Source: Antedon mediterranea
Taxonomy: Eukaryota; Animalia; Echinodermata
Assembly: GCF_964355755.1 (NCBI RefSeq)
Contig: NC_092677.1
Coordinates: forward strand, 9,260,101-9,324,100
Length of the DNA stretch: 64,000 nucleotides
Direction: 5' to 3'
The notes beneath the pieces are model-generated. The model worked only from the letters and a program-made list of their open reading frames with translations, did not search any database and was not told where the DNA came from. Every line of letters starts with the position of its first letter. Within the stretch, counting starts at the first letter, position 1. The translations under genes and the position numbers were made by a program. Shown piece by piece: positions 1-14,300 of the stretch.

Positions 1-355
1 TTTTCCCTTAGGTTACCAAAATTACCCTGTAGAAACAATATACCATTCATCCTAACACTTCTATTACTCTGAAATCTACCCACATTTATATACCACATCC
101 TTAGTTAAAAGAAAGCACTTGTGCTTTGTATAAACTATAATTGATTACTTTAAATTTCCTTTATACTTGTAAGAAACAGGATATTAAAGCATCCTGTGTC
201 TTCCTTTAATACACAACCATAAATGAAAGTTGTATTAAAGTACAAAGAAAAAGTTTACAGGTAACATGTCGATATAGTTTGTTTTGTTTATTCAAATAAT
301 TTTCCTTTCAGTTTTTCTTATATTTAAGAATATTGCATGCATATATTTTTTCAAG

Positions 356-1785
356 GGTCTTGTTGAGAGGGACGAAGAGATAAAGTCGGCCAGGACAGAG
401 GCATTAAAGATGCAGCAGACACTAGAGAAACGTCTTGAGGATGAGTCTGGTGCCACTCAAGATCTCCAGGATATGGTGGAGAGGTTGACAGAACGGAAGG
501 AGATGTTAAAAAACAAGGTTACAGAACTGCAGGCAGAACTGGACGAGAGTAAAAGAGTTTACGAGTAAGTATTTTTATTTTAGTCCAATAAAGGCAGTTA
601 TTATTTAATATATAGGATAAATAATATCCTTGATTTATAAAGTGCCTAATGTTGTGAAACCTTTTAAGCTCTGTACATATTATTAACCCGGTCGTTGGAT
701 CAAACACATAAGGAAACATACTCCCATAATACAGCTAGTAAAAACATTACATTATATTTCTCCAGGGGTTTTTGGGCAGAAAGAGGATTGAAGATAATAT
801 TAATAATAACTAATGTTTTTTTTTTAAAGCAATCTGGACAGAAGATGGAAAGATAAGGGTGAAATCATTTCGCAGCTGGAGACACAAGTGCGGCAGGTGA
901 AACAAAATTTTGATGACAAGGAATCCAAGTTGCTTGCTGCTAGAGACAAGGCCGTTGCATCAGAAAGGTATCATATAAAGGTTATGAAGAGATAGAGCAT
1001 GTATCAATTTCATTTATTCACACAAAGTAGACCTACTGCAACAGTGGAGTTGTAGCTTGAAGGTTAAGCATGGTATAGTTTATCCATCCTGTAATTAGTG
1101 AGTGAATCTGCTGATAGATTATAAGGAAAAAAAAACAATTTTTAGAAATGATTTGATATCATTTATTATAGAGTTGCTCTGGAGAAGATAAGTGCAATGG
1201 ATGATGCGTTTGCCAACCAGTTAACCATGGTACAGGGAAAGCATGAAGAAGAATTAGAGAAATTGAAGTTTGAAAAACAACGGCAAATTGATGAGGCTAG
1301 AGCTAAGGTATTGGGGAATCTTGTCCAATAACAATATAGATATCACAAACTGTGTTGATACATAAATAATAAATATATACAAATCATTTTCATGACTATA
1401 ATAATTTAATGATAAATGTATAGGGTTCATTCATGATGCATATTTGATTCATACATTTTTGTGTGCAGTTAAACTTTACAATATATTTACCTACCTCCAC
1501 TAATTACTGTCCCTTGTATGTTTGTAGGTATTGAATAAACGCCCCATAAAAACCAACAATTAACACCCTGAGGCGTTTCAAATAAATACATTATGTATGT
1601 AAATATGCATTAAATTTATTATATAAATGAATCCTGCAAAATATGATCATTTTCAGGTTTTGACTGTGGAGGAGGAGATGAGGCAGATGTTGGTAGAAAC
1701 GGCCAATCAGAAGAAAGTGATGGAAGGTAAGCTGCATAGATTGACACAGGCATTCTCTGACATACAACAGGAAATGACATCGTGA
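356..1785 (+). CDS. LRRCC1: LRRCC1 (leucine-rich repeat and coiled-coil centrosomal protein), last four coding exons; 5' part lies outside the window
   Basis: GT-AG exons 356-564, 830-967, 1172-1307 and 1657-1785 splice in frame. They give ...NLDRRWKDKGEIISQLETQVRQVKQNFDDKE...MDDAFANQL...VEEEMRQMLVETANQKKVMEGKLHRLTQAFSDIQQEMTS*. This matches the recalled vertebrate C-terminus (KWHDKGELL..LETQVKEVK..MDDAF..EMRELLEET..NKKTMEAKIKQLAFALNEIQQDM). Confidence 0.9.
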
Positions 1786-3807
1786 CATCCAGGATTTGGT
1801 AAGCAATGCAGACATTGTGTTAAAGAGCTATCCCTACTTATGGAGTGGTTGGTGCAGTTAATGCTGGTTGAGCTGTCATCATAATTTATATGTCTTCTTG
1901 TACCCAGGAGTGTAATGTGTTGGAGCAATAAATGCAGCAGTAGTGTTAGGAAATAATTATAATTTTTATACATTTTTTTGTTTGTCATTAGTATTAATAT
2001 TTCTATTCTTACTAATGCCATCAATCATTAACATTCTTATCGCCACTGTAACATCAGTGACAATCAAAATATTACTATATATTAAAGTGATATAAATATA
2101 CAAGGGATATGGGTCTAAGGTCAGAAATTGCATTTCCGGTCATTTTTCACTAAAATGTTTCATTAGACTGAATATGAATACAGTATAGGCCAGTGATTGT
2201 TGATATTTAAAAACTGATTTGTGTTTGTCCAAACAACCTTTCACCCTGACCTTTTGTCCTTTTGCCACATTTTCAAAATGTGTAACCAAGTTAGAAATGA
2301 TTTGACCATCCTAAACAATTTTATGAGATCAAATTCTCAGGACCTCAATGTTGATTTAGTTGATCCATGGAGGTATATACCTCCATGGTTGATCCAGTAC
2401 TAATGCTATATGCTATAAATTCCTTTATTTTCGTGACTCTAAATTATTGAAGATTTTGCCAATCATATTGAAATAATTGAATAAAGACCTTAATATTGTT
2501 GTATGCTCTATATTGGGAAAATTAAGCCAGTGTGTAAAAGCATTTAGATAGAATTAAAATATTTACCGGTCTTCTAGGTACCTGTTTTATAGTACAGGAT
2601 ACAACAAGTGGTTTGTGAAGGTCATTGGGTATTAGTAGGTGTTAACTTTGTCACTTTTAATTAAATCATGGTTTAGCTGCAGCCATGCTCTAAAACCATA
2701 TTCATATAGAATCAAAAGATAAAGATTAGTCCATGATTATATTTACTAGTTTTACTAGATAAACAGAAGTGACCATCAGCAGACAGCTGTCTAAACTACA
2801 ATGTATCAAATATAAGATCACCTTTTGGCATGCACAAATTACCAGTGCATTGTTAAAACCTTTGCCATATAGGGAAACAATAGATAATTATTAATATAAG
2901 TAATATAAATAGAGTACTTGAAACCAGAAAAAATAATAACCGTCGTAAACAATAGTTAAAACCATAGCATTAACTAACATCACTGCTTTTTGCTAATATT
3001 TGCATCTCCATTGAGATCCAGCCACTGATACCCACAGCATTGTCATAATTTGTTCATTAATTTGATTTGATTTATAATATGTATCCAGATATTTACAGAT
3101 TCAGTGGTATAGAAACCAATATATTGTTGTCTTATTTAACAGTTGAAAAAAACAAAAACAGGACATTAAAACAAACATAAATTACAAATTACACCACATC
3201 AGTGGATGTCTTGAAATTTCTCAGAACACTTTGTCCCCCATTTTTTGTTCCTTGTCCCCCTTTTTACCCTTTGTCCACTTGTTTTGTCACTTGTCCCCAT
3301 TTCTTGTCACTTTGTCTCTATTTATTGTCTAAGTGATCATCACACTTTATATAAACAGAAAATGAATGCTTAGGTTGAACAAATTCATTGACTTATTTAT
3401 TAATATCTCTGTGTAACCTTTAACACTTTCATTTCTTCCTTAATCAATGCAAGTCAATGCTTTTATTCAAAATTATTTTAATCTGATTAGAAATGGGAAG
3501 GAAATGATAGAGGCTAATAACAGAAAACAAATTAATTACATAATTATAATGAGGAAGTTGTGATCTCACAGCAGCAGTTACAATGTTAATATCATTTTGT
3601 TTAAAGGTTTGCATGGCATACAGAGGTTTACGATACTGCATGTAATTCCTAAAAAAGGAAGTGTGTAGAGTTGAGAAAGGCTTGCAGTGACGTTTTTGTT
3701 GTTGGAACTAAAATGTTCCACCTCCTGCAGAATGGCTTTCATGCAGTTCTGGATTTCAGTCGAGGTGAGAGTCTGTCTCTACACAGAACATACATCAACC
3801 TTCTGCT

Positions 3808-4021
3808 TCTCTTGTGTTGGTTACTGAAGTACAAGTTGGCAACTGGTTTGTGGTAGGATCTTTTACAGTGGTGTGCAATCTCTTGTGTTGGTTGCTGCAG
3901 TACAATTTGGCAACTGGTTGGTGGCAGGATCCTTTACAGTAGTGTGCAATCTCTTGTGTTTGTTGCTGCAGTTCAAGTTCGCAACTGGTTTGTGGCAGGA
4001 TCTTTTACAGTTGTGTGCAAA
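3808..4021. repeat. ~71-bp tandem repeat, 3 copies
   Basis: Unit tctcttgtgttggttgctgcagtacaa...ggcaactggtt..ggatcttttacag..gtgtgcaa recurs near 3809, 3880 and 3950. Confidence 0.85.
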
Positions 4022-4057
4022 TTGCTGACGTCTTTAGATTGTCGGTACCTGTCTATA

Positions 4058-4130
4058 TACAGTAAAACCTTTATTAAGGGGACACCTTCAGGACCCAAAA
4101 AAGTGTCCCCTAAATAGGAGTGTCCTTATT
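4058..4130. mobile_element. Small palindromic MITE family (CCCCTATTAAGGGGACAC core); other copies near 7530-7720, 8640-8765, 25240-25320 and 44480/49345-49410
   Basis: Recurrent tattaaggggacac...gtgtcccct..atagg inverted motif; tacagtaaaacc start suggests a TA target (Tc1/mariner-like). Confidence 0.6.
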
Positions 4131-4890
4131 ACTTTAAACTATTTAGACAGCTGAATACAGTAGTATTGTATAGCATGCAGCCATCTAGGACCTTTTCCAG
4201 TTTACAAATACATTTCAGTAATTCTCCCATGTATTGTGATTTATAGCAAGTTACGATTAACTTACATAATGTACATAAAAATTCATTCAGACATATATAT
4301 AATATTGATATTCATTAACTAAAAACATGATATTTATGATGTATATTATTATTTAATATTTCTTGTATATTGAACTATTAAAATACAAAAGCCAATAACA
4401 TAACTGATATAACATTGGGAATTATCTATCAATAAAACATCTTTTCTCTCTTATTATCATCAAAATAACATGTATTTTTTATTTCATTGTTTTCTATAAT
4501 AACTACAAAATAAATGTGCTATAAACCCACAAACAGTGAGACACTCTTCAGGCCTATCTTCCATGCTACACCATAAGTTCAAACAGAAAAACCAACAACA
4601 GAGTATAATAGTTAACTTAAAAGGGTCATGAATGGTTCACAAGAGAAAATACTTCCGGAGCATGTAAAGAACCTTCACCATGTGACTGTGTTGATCAGTT
4701 TGGACAGAGAAAACTTGTCTTTTTTTTAACTTTTTCATCATCATTAAATGTTATGCATAATCAATTCATAATATATGAGCATTCGATGACATATGATCTA
4801 ATTCCTACTACTGCATATTGTGTTTACTGGTCGTCTCCACAGTGTGTTAGTTACCCAATAGTGTACGTTCCTGGATGTCTTTATATGGAC

Positions 4891-7449
4891 TCATAACTTT
4901 GCAAATCCCTCTACTGTATCATCCATGTTTATTGGTTCTTGAGTTGATTTCTGAAATCAAAATGAGACAAGTTTCGATAGTAAGCAGAGTTCTCCAATGC
5001 AATATTAAACCATAAATATTTGTTTGACGGTTTACAAATCACAGGCTTCAGGCTGTTTAGATTTTCATTTATCAACAAATGATAAATAGTTTATGTTATT
5101 TAAAAAGTTGTTTTACAAGAATTTAAAGTTGTTTAATTCTGGGATAAAATTGTCCATGCCTCCCAGGTCACGATTTAATTTCAAGATGGTGCGGTTAAGT
5201 GTGCTTGGAATTAAATATAAACAAACATACGAAAACAAACAGTGAGCTCATTTAATTCATTTTGACCATAAATCTGTGTTTTATTAAGATTTATTTCGAT
5301 CTACAGTATATACAATTGAATTATTTGAAAATTCGGCAAACACTGGTTAGATTTAAATAGGCATTCCGCATGTTTTTAATTTTTAATGGTGACATTTTGG
5401 GAGTATTTTTTCTATGTAGGCCTACTGTATATGGATTCTGAATAATGAATGGAATGCCTATGGAATGGTTTCTTGGATAAATGATCTCTGCAGTGTATTC
5501 ATTATAAGTATTTAATAGACTGCTCGTCGTGGACTTTCTTAGTTATATTAATTAAGGGGCTATTCAATTTATACGCGTACGTGTAGGCCTAGTAAAGTCA
5601 GCCGAAAACGTCGCAGTTTGTAAAGATCGTAAATTGTATTTCTTAAAATCCTGACCACTGTTCACGCAAGAGGCATTTTAACCCGATGGCGTAAAGTACG
5701 ACGCTAAAAAAAAAATACGATAGATATGAACGTCATTTGTAATTGTCTTCAGTATATGGACAATAATAACTAGAACGAAGTCCGGCGGAAAAACGTGACT
5801 TTTTCTTGGAGATCGTATTAGATTTCATTGACATTTGAGACGCTAAAAATATACCGGTAATTGTTTGTTAGGCCTATAGGTCCATGGTTGTTGGATACAT
5901 TATAGAATACATGGGCTTCATTCATGGGCCTATTGTATCAATACCGTAGTCTTCTAGTGACCATGAAATGTATTCTAAAACGAAACAAACGTGAGCCTAT
6001 AGGCTATATTTGTAAGATTTCTTCAAGATCGTAAATTACATTTCTTAAAATCGTAGACATTTTTTCATGCAAGAGATAAGTTGTGACAGGACTCGTATAT
6101 CTTACAATCAATGTTGGTGCATGATCGTAAGTCACAAGCTTAAAACCGTAATAACATCATATTAATTCAACGCCGGTCGGTATGGATTCGAAGATGAGGA
6201 GGCCTAACTATGTTAATATGATATGAAAGGGTACAGCAGACAGTGGTCTGTTCAGTGACCGACAACTTCTCCAGACTCCAAAACTCCAACACATTACCTT
6301 CGCACCCCCCCCCCCCCTCCAAATCAGTATTATTTATTCGAATGAACGCCCCGCTTTTGAATAAACAATTTTTACTGTATTTTATCACTTCTCGATATTT
6401 ATTAATTGTTTTATTTTCTCATAATTATAGGGGGTATTTATTTGATTACCATATTATAAAATAAATAAACGCCTCCCTTGATTAAACTCCCACTAAAACT
6501 CATCCTGAACAATAAACGCCCCGGGCGTTTATTCGAAATATGGTATGTAGTTGCAAGGATAGAATCGGAGGGAAAGAACTGGTTCGGAGGAAAAAGAACC
6601 GGATCGATTATGACCAAAATCAAATAATTTTCTCCCATTCCTATTGACGTACCCGCACACAATAAATATAAATACACACCCCTACTTTTACAATGGAATA
6701 ACCAAACCAAAAACTATATTTTATCAATTTACTTACCAGTTGCGTGGCGACTTTTTTTTGTTTATCTTTTTTCTTCTCAGCAATACTTTGTTGAAGCTCC
6801 TTAAATGTATCATTATTGCTTTTAACTTTGTTTTTATTTTGGTGATTTAACTAAAAACGAAACACAAAGGCCTTTAATACATATCATATTTTCATTTTTA
6901 GTCGTGTGCAACGCGACTCTACAGCTCACTATGTCGGTCGGTCGGTCGGTAAACACTAACTTGTCCTCCCCTACTAACCGTCCTGTTTCGTAAAGTCCCT
7001 ATTACTACAAGACGACGCGCTCTTATCTCAGGATGGCATTCCACATGGACAGCGTCTTTGAATTATAATAATAATAATAATAATAAATAATATATTTATA
7101 CAGGATAAAACAATCAGATAACAGTGTATCTGTTTTACATTGTGGTCCTGTCCTGAATTATATAAGACGTTGTCTATATCGTTGAGACTAAAACATTTGC
7201 ACTTGAATTAAGTCACATACACTATATCGATTTTCTCTAAACATTCTTAAAAAGGAATTCTACATTATAATATTTTACTTGACACCTTACCCTCTTTAAG
7301 TTCGTTGAAACTGACTTGGCCTTCAATTGCTGAGCTTTCACTACTTTATGATGTGAAACTTTGAACACTTTCATTGTTGGTCCTTTTACTTTTCCACTTC
7401 CCGTCTTCAATTTTCCTCCCGGTTGGTTTTTCTGTTTGGCTTTTCCCAT
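4891..7449 (-). CDS. RBIS: Ribosomal biogenesis factor RBIS (C8orf59), 3 coding exons
   Basis: Exons 7449-7291, 6850-6737 and 4950-4891 (all phase 0, GT-AG) give MGKAKQK...VFKVSHHKVVKAQQLKAKSVSTNLKR-LNHQNKNKVKSNNDTFKELQQ...-KSTQEPINMDDTVEGFAKL*. This resembles recalled human RBIS (VFHIAS..KAKPVTTNLKKIN..PVNVDEATRLMALL). Confidence 0.85.
6325..6545. mobile_element. MITE with TATTTATTCGAA termini, same family as 36091-36411
   Basis: tatttattcgaatgaacgccc at the left end; gggcgtttattcgaaatatggta at the right end. Confidence 0.55.
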
Positions 7450-10211
7450 CTTCAATTCTTCGTATGCCTCCTTATCACCTGTAGTCAGAGAGTTGTAATA
7501 ATATCATTTCCTGTAGTAAAGGATAAAACAGTATAGAACCCTAATGAGGTTGAAACCCCTAAAAGAGAACAGCACTAATAAGAAGACACTTCTAATAAGG
7601 GGACACTTTCGTGTCACAAAGACACGAGAGGAAATATATGTTTACTACTACAATAACTACTACGACCCCTATTTAGGAGATACACCTTTTTTTAGTCCCG
7701 TAGAAGTCCCATAATAGTGTATGTTTAATTGAAGAGTAGGCATTTTCTTGTATGCTCTACTACACATGTCCTTTTTGTATGCACCGTACCCGTAGAGTAG
7801 AGTAGAGTCTTGACGTCACTTGTCTTGACGCAAACAAGCTCACAATAAACTAAAAATAGCAAACAATAAAAAATAGGCCTAATTTACTAATACAATGGCG
7901 GTGTACGTCCACGCACACGCAAGTCTCCGTGTAGTTTACGTAACAACTATTATATGATTAGGCCTACGATGACCTTAATAACTATATCCTTCTAAATGTA
8001 ATTAGCCATACACACGGTAATTATATAAATTAGAGAACGTTTTTTTTTTTTTTACTAATTATCATATCGTTTAGTGAAGGGTAAAGCTAGCCCCGATGCC
8101 CTTTTAAAAATTAAATTAAATCTTTTTTAAACAAAATGTAAAATAAATGTTTGCGGATTTACTAGGGTTCATTAAAAAATTACGAGCAAAGCATTCTTTA
8201 AAATATTTCTTAAAGTAAAGTATGTATAAAATAACGATATGAAAATGTAAATAAAGAGTAAACAATACAAATATAATATAGGCTAATAATAATGTAATTA
8301 CAAAGTCATAATCCTTGACATTGTGTCATATTTATTCGATGACAGATGAGACCCAATTAAAAAAGGTTGCCTGAATTTTGTGGGGGATAGCGAACTTTTT
8401 GATCGATAAATTATTTTTGTAAACGTCAAATTCTTTGCTCTATGCGTCAAGAAGGAAGAAAGACAGATAGCCGATGGGAAAGAAACGTGTCGTTGACCAA
8501 TTGTTAACAATAGATGATGAGCGATAGAAATAATTGATATGACCCAGCTTTAGAGCCAAGTGAACCATGGATTATATTGTGCAGGTGAGGTGAACTATTC
8601 CTAAACAAATAATCATTATACTGGTTATTCTTACTTCACTACCCCTATTAAGGGGACACCTTCTGGGCCCAACAATAATCATTATACTGGTTATTCTTAC
8701 TTCATTACCCCTATTAAGGGGACATCTTCTGGGTCTAACAAAGTGTCCCCTGAATACGGTAGGGGTTGTTTCTTATAATATAAATGTGGCTTGGCTCACG
8801 ACAACAATCTGCAAAAAGCGTCAACGGACCTGTTCTTGTTTAGTTATTTACCTGGATAATTCCACCCACCAATGTTTGCTTGAAACCAACTTATATTCGG
8901 GTACTACTAAGCCTGGCAGACCCACATCGGAAAACTTCATGTGGCCTACCTGACAAATAACATCACCATGAACTGAAATAACTGCGTACATTCTTATTCC
9001 GTGTTGATAACTAAATCAAAAATAAATATTACCATTGACCGGTTATATAGAATAAATGAAAGGTTAGGCCGTTTGACCGACCGAGATATAACGATCAAAC
9101 AACGGACTGAAATGGTACCAGACCGCCTGTGCTTCTGTTGATTATCAAATCATTTATTTACTGCATCAACACGCAATATTTACAATTGATTATAACAGGG
9201 ACCGGCTGTTTGCAGCTGAATTCCAGAATCATTGGAATTAAATACAAGACGGGACTGTATTCAACTTTAAATGTTGAAACGGGTACCGTACTATTTTGTC
9301 GAAAATTTGTATCGTATTCGGAAACTAATCACTGTTGAAACATTTAATGACATATAATAACGTCAACATTAATGTTAGGCGTTATTGGCTTCCAGGAGCT
9401 AATTAAAAGTATAGAGTGTTGGATTTCAGGTGTTGACCCATCAACGAACGTCATGGCGATTATAAATAGACGACGGTCGTAACATTTCGACGTTCCTCCA
9501 AAGCCCATGAAACTTCAGTTTCGTAAAATATGGATGGCACATAATAATATATACACACACATTTATCAAGAAACAATTACTTTATACCTTTAAGGCCATG
9601 TATACGATGTATGAAATATTTATAAACAAAACAAAAATATTAGTTATACCGTTATGGTACAATGTATCGACAAACCGGAATTCGCCAAACGTCAATTTGC
9701 CAATGCGTTTTTTTCGCCACCGAAAATGTCGTTAAGGAAATTTGCCGTGAGGTCTCGTAGGTCCGACAAATAGAGGCCTTGTAATGTGTGTGGCATCGTC
9801 CAGTACCGTTTCGTTCCGGATTTATCAAATGTTACACCGCAACGTCAACACGGAATTACCGATACCGTTTTGTATGAAGAAATGAAAACAAAGGATCTGA
9901 ATAATATACTGATCTTGTAGGGCAAGCTATCGCTTCTAACCCAGGTTATTGTCTGATCTCATCTTTAGTGCATCGTATCATGTACTTGATGGGTTTAATC
10001 GGTTCGATTGTGGATAATTACACCTATTTATCATCTAATAACCCATTTAATCAGTTATACATAACAGTTATTCAGACTCAAATGCCTCGTTAGATGGTTC
10101 TAAGACGTGCATTTTATAGTTATTCAAACAGAATGTACGCGCTTTTTCCCGTAATGAAACCTTTCCCCCTCGCGTGCAGAAGCAAGTCGGAAGTAGAGTA
10201 TTTTAAGTTAA

Positions 10212-10763
10212 AGATGTATTGTCCCTTGAAACACAAAAAAATGAAGGTCAAAATATACTAAATTTTAATTGGCCATATCAAAGTAATATTAAAGTTATTC
10301 ACTTTAAGTCGAAAATTCGAGCCAAAAACAACAATGTTACGTAATTAACAGCTAAATTATTTTGATTAGGCCTACATTTCGTCTGGAAAACAGTCGCGAG
10401 CGAAAGTAAACAAAGATTTCAAACCATGAGTATACATTATGCATGATGCTAATTAGGATTGTTTACAACTTGCACGGTTGAGAAGGTGTTTTCACACAGA
10501 TCATGAGGAAGTTTTATGATTATGCATACAGAGTAGCCAAATAAGCGCATTGCGTTATGAGATATGTTTTGATTGAAAACTTTGACTGGAAGTAAAATTT
10601 ATTTTTTTAACCAAAAAACGTCTGTATTTCAGTTAAATTATATTTTTTTCGACTAATTTTTGGTGAAAGTTAATAACTATTATGATACTTCAAAATGACC
10701 CACTTTTTTTCGAAATCTTTTTATTTGAATTTTTTTGGAATTTGACAAAGGGACAATACATCT
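10212..10763. mobile_element. Non-autonomous DNA transposon, TTAA TSD, AG...CT termini (Kolobok-like)
   Basis: ttaa|AGATGTATTGTCCC ... GGGACAATACATCT|ttaa; the same TIR bounds 50531-50876. Confidence 0.8.
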
Positions 10764-11393
10764 TTAATGAGGACGCAGAAGATTTATACAGTACTATCAT
10801 GCATGCAGATGAACATATATAAATTGTCCATAACGTTATATAGGCCGACAAGACATGTCCTCAAATATGTCCATATATCGTACTCTACACCGTAGATAGG
10901 CAGGTCATCAAATGTAAATTACAGTAAGCTATAGTACATTACAGGACATCCTTAATGTTCAATGTTACTAATACGTAAATACTTTCATACTACTATTCAA
11001 TACTATTTCCACTATTCTTACAGTGTTAGTATAAGGCCTACTACAAATGATGGTATTTTGCGTTATACTAGATTCCCTTCCCCTCAATGGAAATGAAAGC
11101 CTGTCAATTACCGTAAGTTACGCCCACTCGGTGATTTAAGCTTGGCGTAACAACTACTTCCGACCAGTTATTTCGCTTGTTATAGTAATTGATATCACCA
11201 ATCACATCGCTCGATACACGATCAGCCTCCTTTTAATATTGTCACAAATAAAATCAATCGTTCACTGGTCGTGGGGCATTATATATTGTCTTGTCATGAA
11301 CACACGAGTCGAAATGACACTGTCGTGACAACGGTGATAATTCATCTCCATTGTGACTATTTTGACTTCGAATAATTTGCGGTTTATTTCAAG

Positions 11394-14300
11394 ATGAAGA
11401 ACGAAGTTATGGTATTGAAACTTGTAGCGTTCGTGTTTTTGGTTTTAAGCACAACGTATGCTGAAAATGAAGGTAATTAACTAATTTGTATTGATGTTTT
11501 TGAGTTTAAGAAGTCGTTAAGTTTCATTAAATCAATTAAATTGCACGTCGAGGCATTTAAAGTAACTAATCGCCGTATTATCTGTACTTTACACAAAAGC
11601 CGTGATATTGATTATTACTGTATAGCGTTGCTGATGATTGACAATATTCTGAATAAACAATTTAGGCCTACATGATGACCTATTAATTGTAGGTATAATG
11701 TTTATAATAGCAGTAGACCTACACATAGAATAGCCTAATAGGTAAGCCTAAGTAGAACCACGTAATAGGACTATGATGCAACTATTTAAAATTAATAGAA
11801 ATGTTTATTAATTATCTTTGTCAAAAAATAAACCAGTCCACTGTATCTTTCATATAAGGAACTATACCTATTTACTCAATTATAGTTTACCAGTAATATT
11901 TTTTATTCATAACAACAGTAATGAACTGGTTGATAGTTCGTAGTATTTATGATAGACAATCGGTTTGTATAGTTCAGTTCGAATGCTATTCAAACCACCC
12001 ACTTACCGACCATAAACCTCTTCTCACGTTAGTAAACATAACAGTACTCATAACATTATTAATATATCTTCATAGGTAGGCCTACATGCGCGCGTTTTGA
12101 CAGGTTTAAGTACTTGGACTTAAGGCCAGATCAACCCCCAACGTTACTTTTTGTCTACTGCAGTGCAGTAGATCGTTTACATACGTGATGATATGTTCGT
12201 TTCTTCATTTCATTGATAACACTGCGACATACCCATGCAGACTTGTAAGCAAAATTGAAAGTTTTACAATATCACGTAATGTAGATCGCGCTGTAAGTCA
12301 GAATTAGAGTTAATTTCCGGAGCAAATCAAACATCAAATGTACCGTATCTATCCGATATTTTCTTGAACCATTGAATGAAAAGATATTTGTTCATTGGAA
12401 AACGGTTAATAAATAGACAGACATAGACATTATGGAAAATTAACTTATTAAACATAAATCTCGTGAAAATTAAAGCATATTTTCGGTTCGACTAGCAGGC
12501 TAGTGGTTCGTGGTTTTTATTTTATGCTTTGGGTAAATACTTTAGTCAATTGACTCCCCTTTATAGAGCTTATTGTAATCCGTCTCTGTTGGTATTAACG
12601 GACACACACACTTTTCAACCAATTTGTATTTTAAAACGTAAGCAAATCTTTACAAATGACATTCTTTTTAACAATAATAACATAAGCCGCAACAGGTTGG
12701 CGGATTACCTGAAGCGAATAACTTTATCTAGTCACGTTACAAATACATTGTGTTTGGATATAACAATTGTGTACAAGCCCGAGAGATTATCACAGTATTA
12801 AGACCCGTTCACACCGAGCCCGGATTGCGATAAAAATGAGTGTACATAACTGGTTAAGAATAGAGCCTGTTCACACTCATTCCGTACAAAACGTGCGTGT
12901 GTGATCGAAAAACGTAGCTAACTATCCCTAGCTTAATCCGGGCTCGTTGTGAACGTCATTGAAAAAGTGCACAAGACATTTGAACGGCTTTTGGGGACAA
13001 ACTGCTGGAAACTATCTGGAAACTTCACAGAAATTGATGAGTTTGATAACACCAATACTGTAATCAATTATCATTATTTTCGACTCAATTTCTCACCCTG
13101 TAGGCCTTATGTACAACCATAATGCTCTTCCCTGGAGTGAAAACGATTACCTCCCGCAGTGATCAATCAATAATATTTTACCCTTATTACCCTCTAAAGA
13201 TCAATAATTTAACACGTTGCAAGCTTTGAGGTGTAAATGGTCAAATGCTGTGACATCATTTTCATTGTGGTGACGCAAACATACACTGCAGAAATTTAAG
13301 CTTGTTTCACAACGCTGAATTGATCAGCGACATTGCTTGTGATTACTTGCGCTGCGTCCAGTGTCAACCAAGCTTTATGAATTTTAAACAGATAATAATT
13401 TTATTTGGAAAATTATTGAATGGAAGTGTTTTTTTTCTTTTGAAATTAGCCATGTCCAAAAGCCATGATAATAAATAAAACTTACACGACTGATGTCCTG
13501 TCTTGTAAAGCGGTAGTCGATTTACCGTTTGGTCAAATAACCTTGATTTTACTCTTTCCTTCCCTTTATACCGTATTTACTTACAAAGATTACCGGACCT
13601 TATCCCTGCGTTATCCCTACATTACACAGACCTGAAATAGTTGGTTTGATTTTAAACTGCCACACAAACTGTTAATTAATTAGTTTTAATCGATTTTTAA
13701 CTTAATCAATTGGTTCTAGAAATTAATAATTAAACTCATCAGTTTATCGATATGTTTTTCAATTCATATGGGATTTAAATGATCGGAAACGTAATAGCGT
13801 ATATTTATATTTTGATTGATTTTTCTTCAAACGCATTACCTCAAACATATACAGTATTTTCTTATCAACTACGAAATTTTAGAATCGTGTCCCGCGATAT
13901 TTGGTAGTCTGGGAACACGAAATGTATGCAACACTACAATGACTAATTAAACACAGTACTGTACTTGAACGGGTCAACATGGGTCAAAATTTGTAGAATA
14001 CTGTATATCAATACTTTTAGACAATGAATTAGTCACAAAGAAAAATTATATACTATAATTTTTCTGTCAATCAACTGACCAACCTAAATGAGTCGCCAAC
14101 AAATCTAGGCACCAGATGGACATTATGGTCATCATCGGATGAAATAATCCATAACTCCTCCTCGTATGCTGGCATTTACAGGCAAGGTGTTATTTCCCTT
14201 TCCTCTTTGTTGATTACCGCTGACATACTATCTTATGAACTTTCATATCGTAAATATACTTACGTTGACTACTGAGATATAGCATCTTTAAAATCATTTG

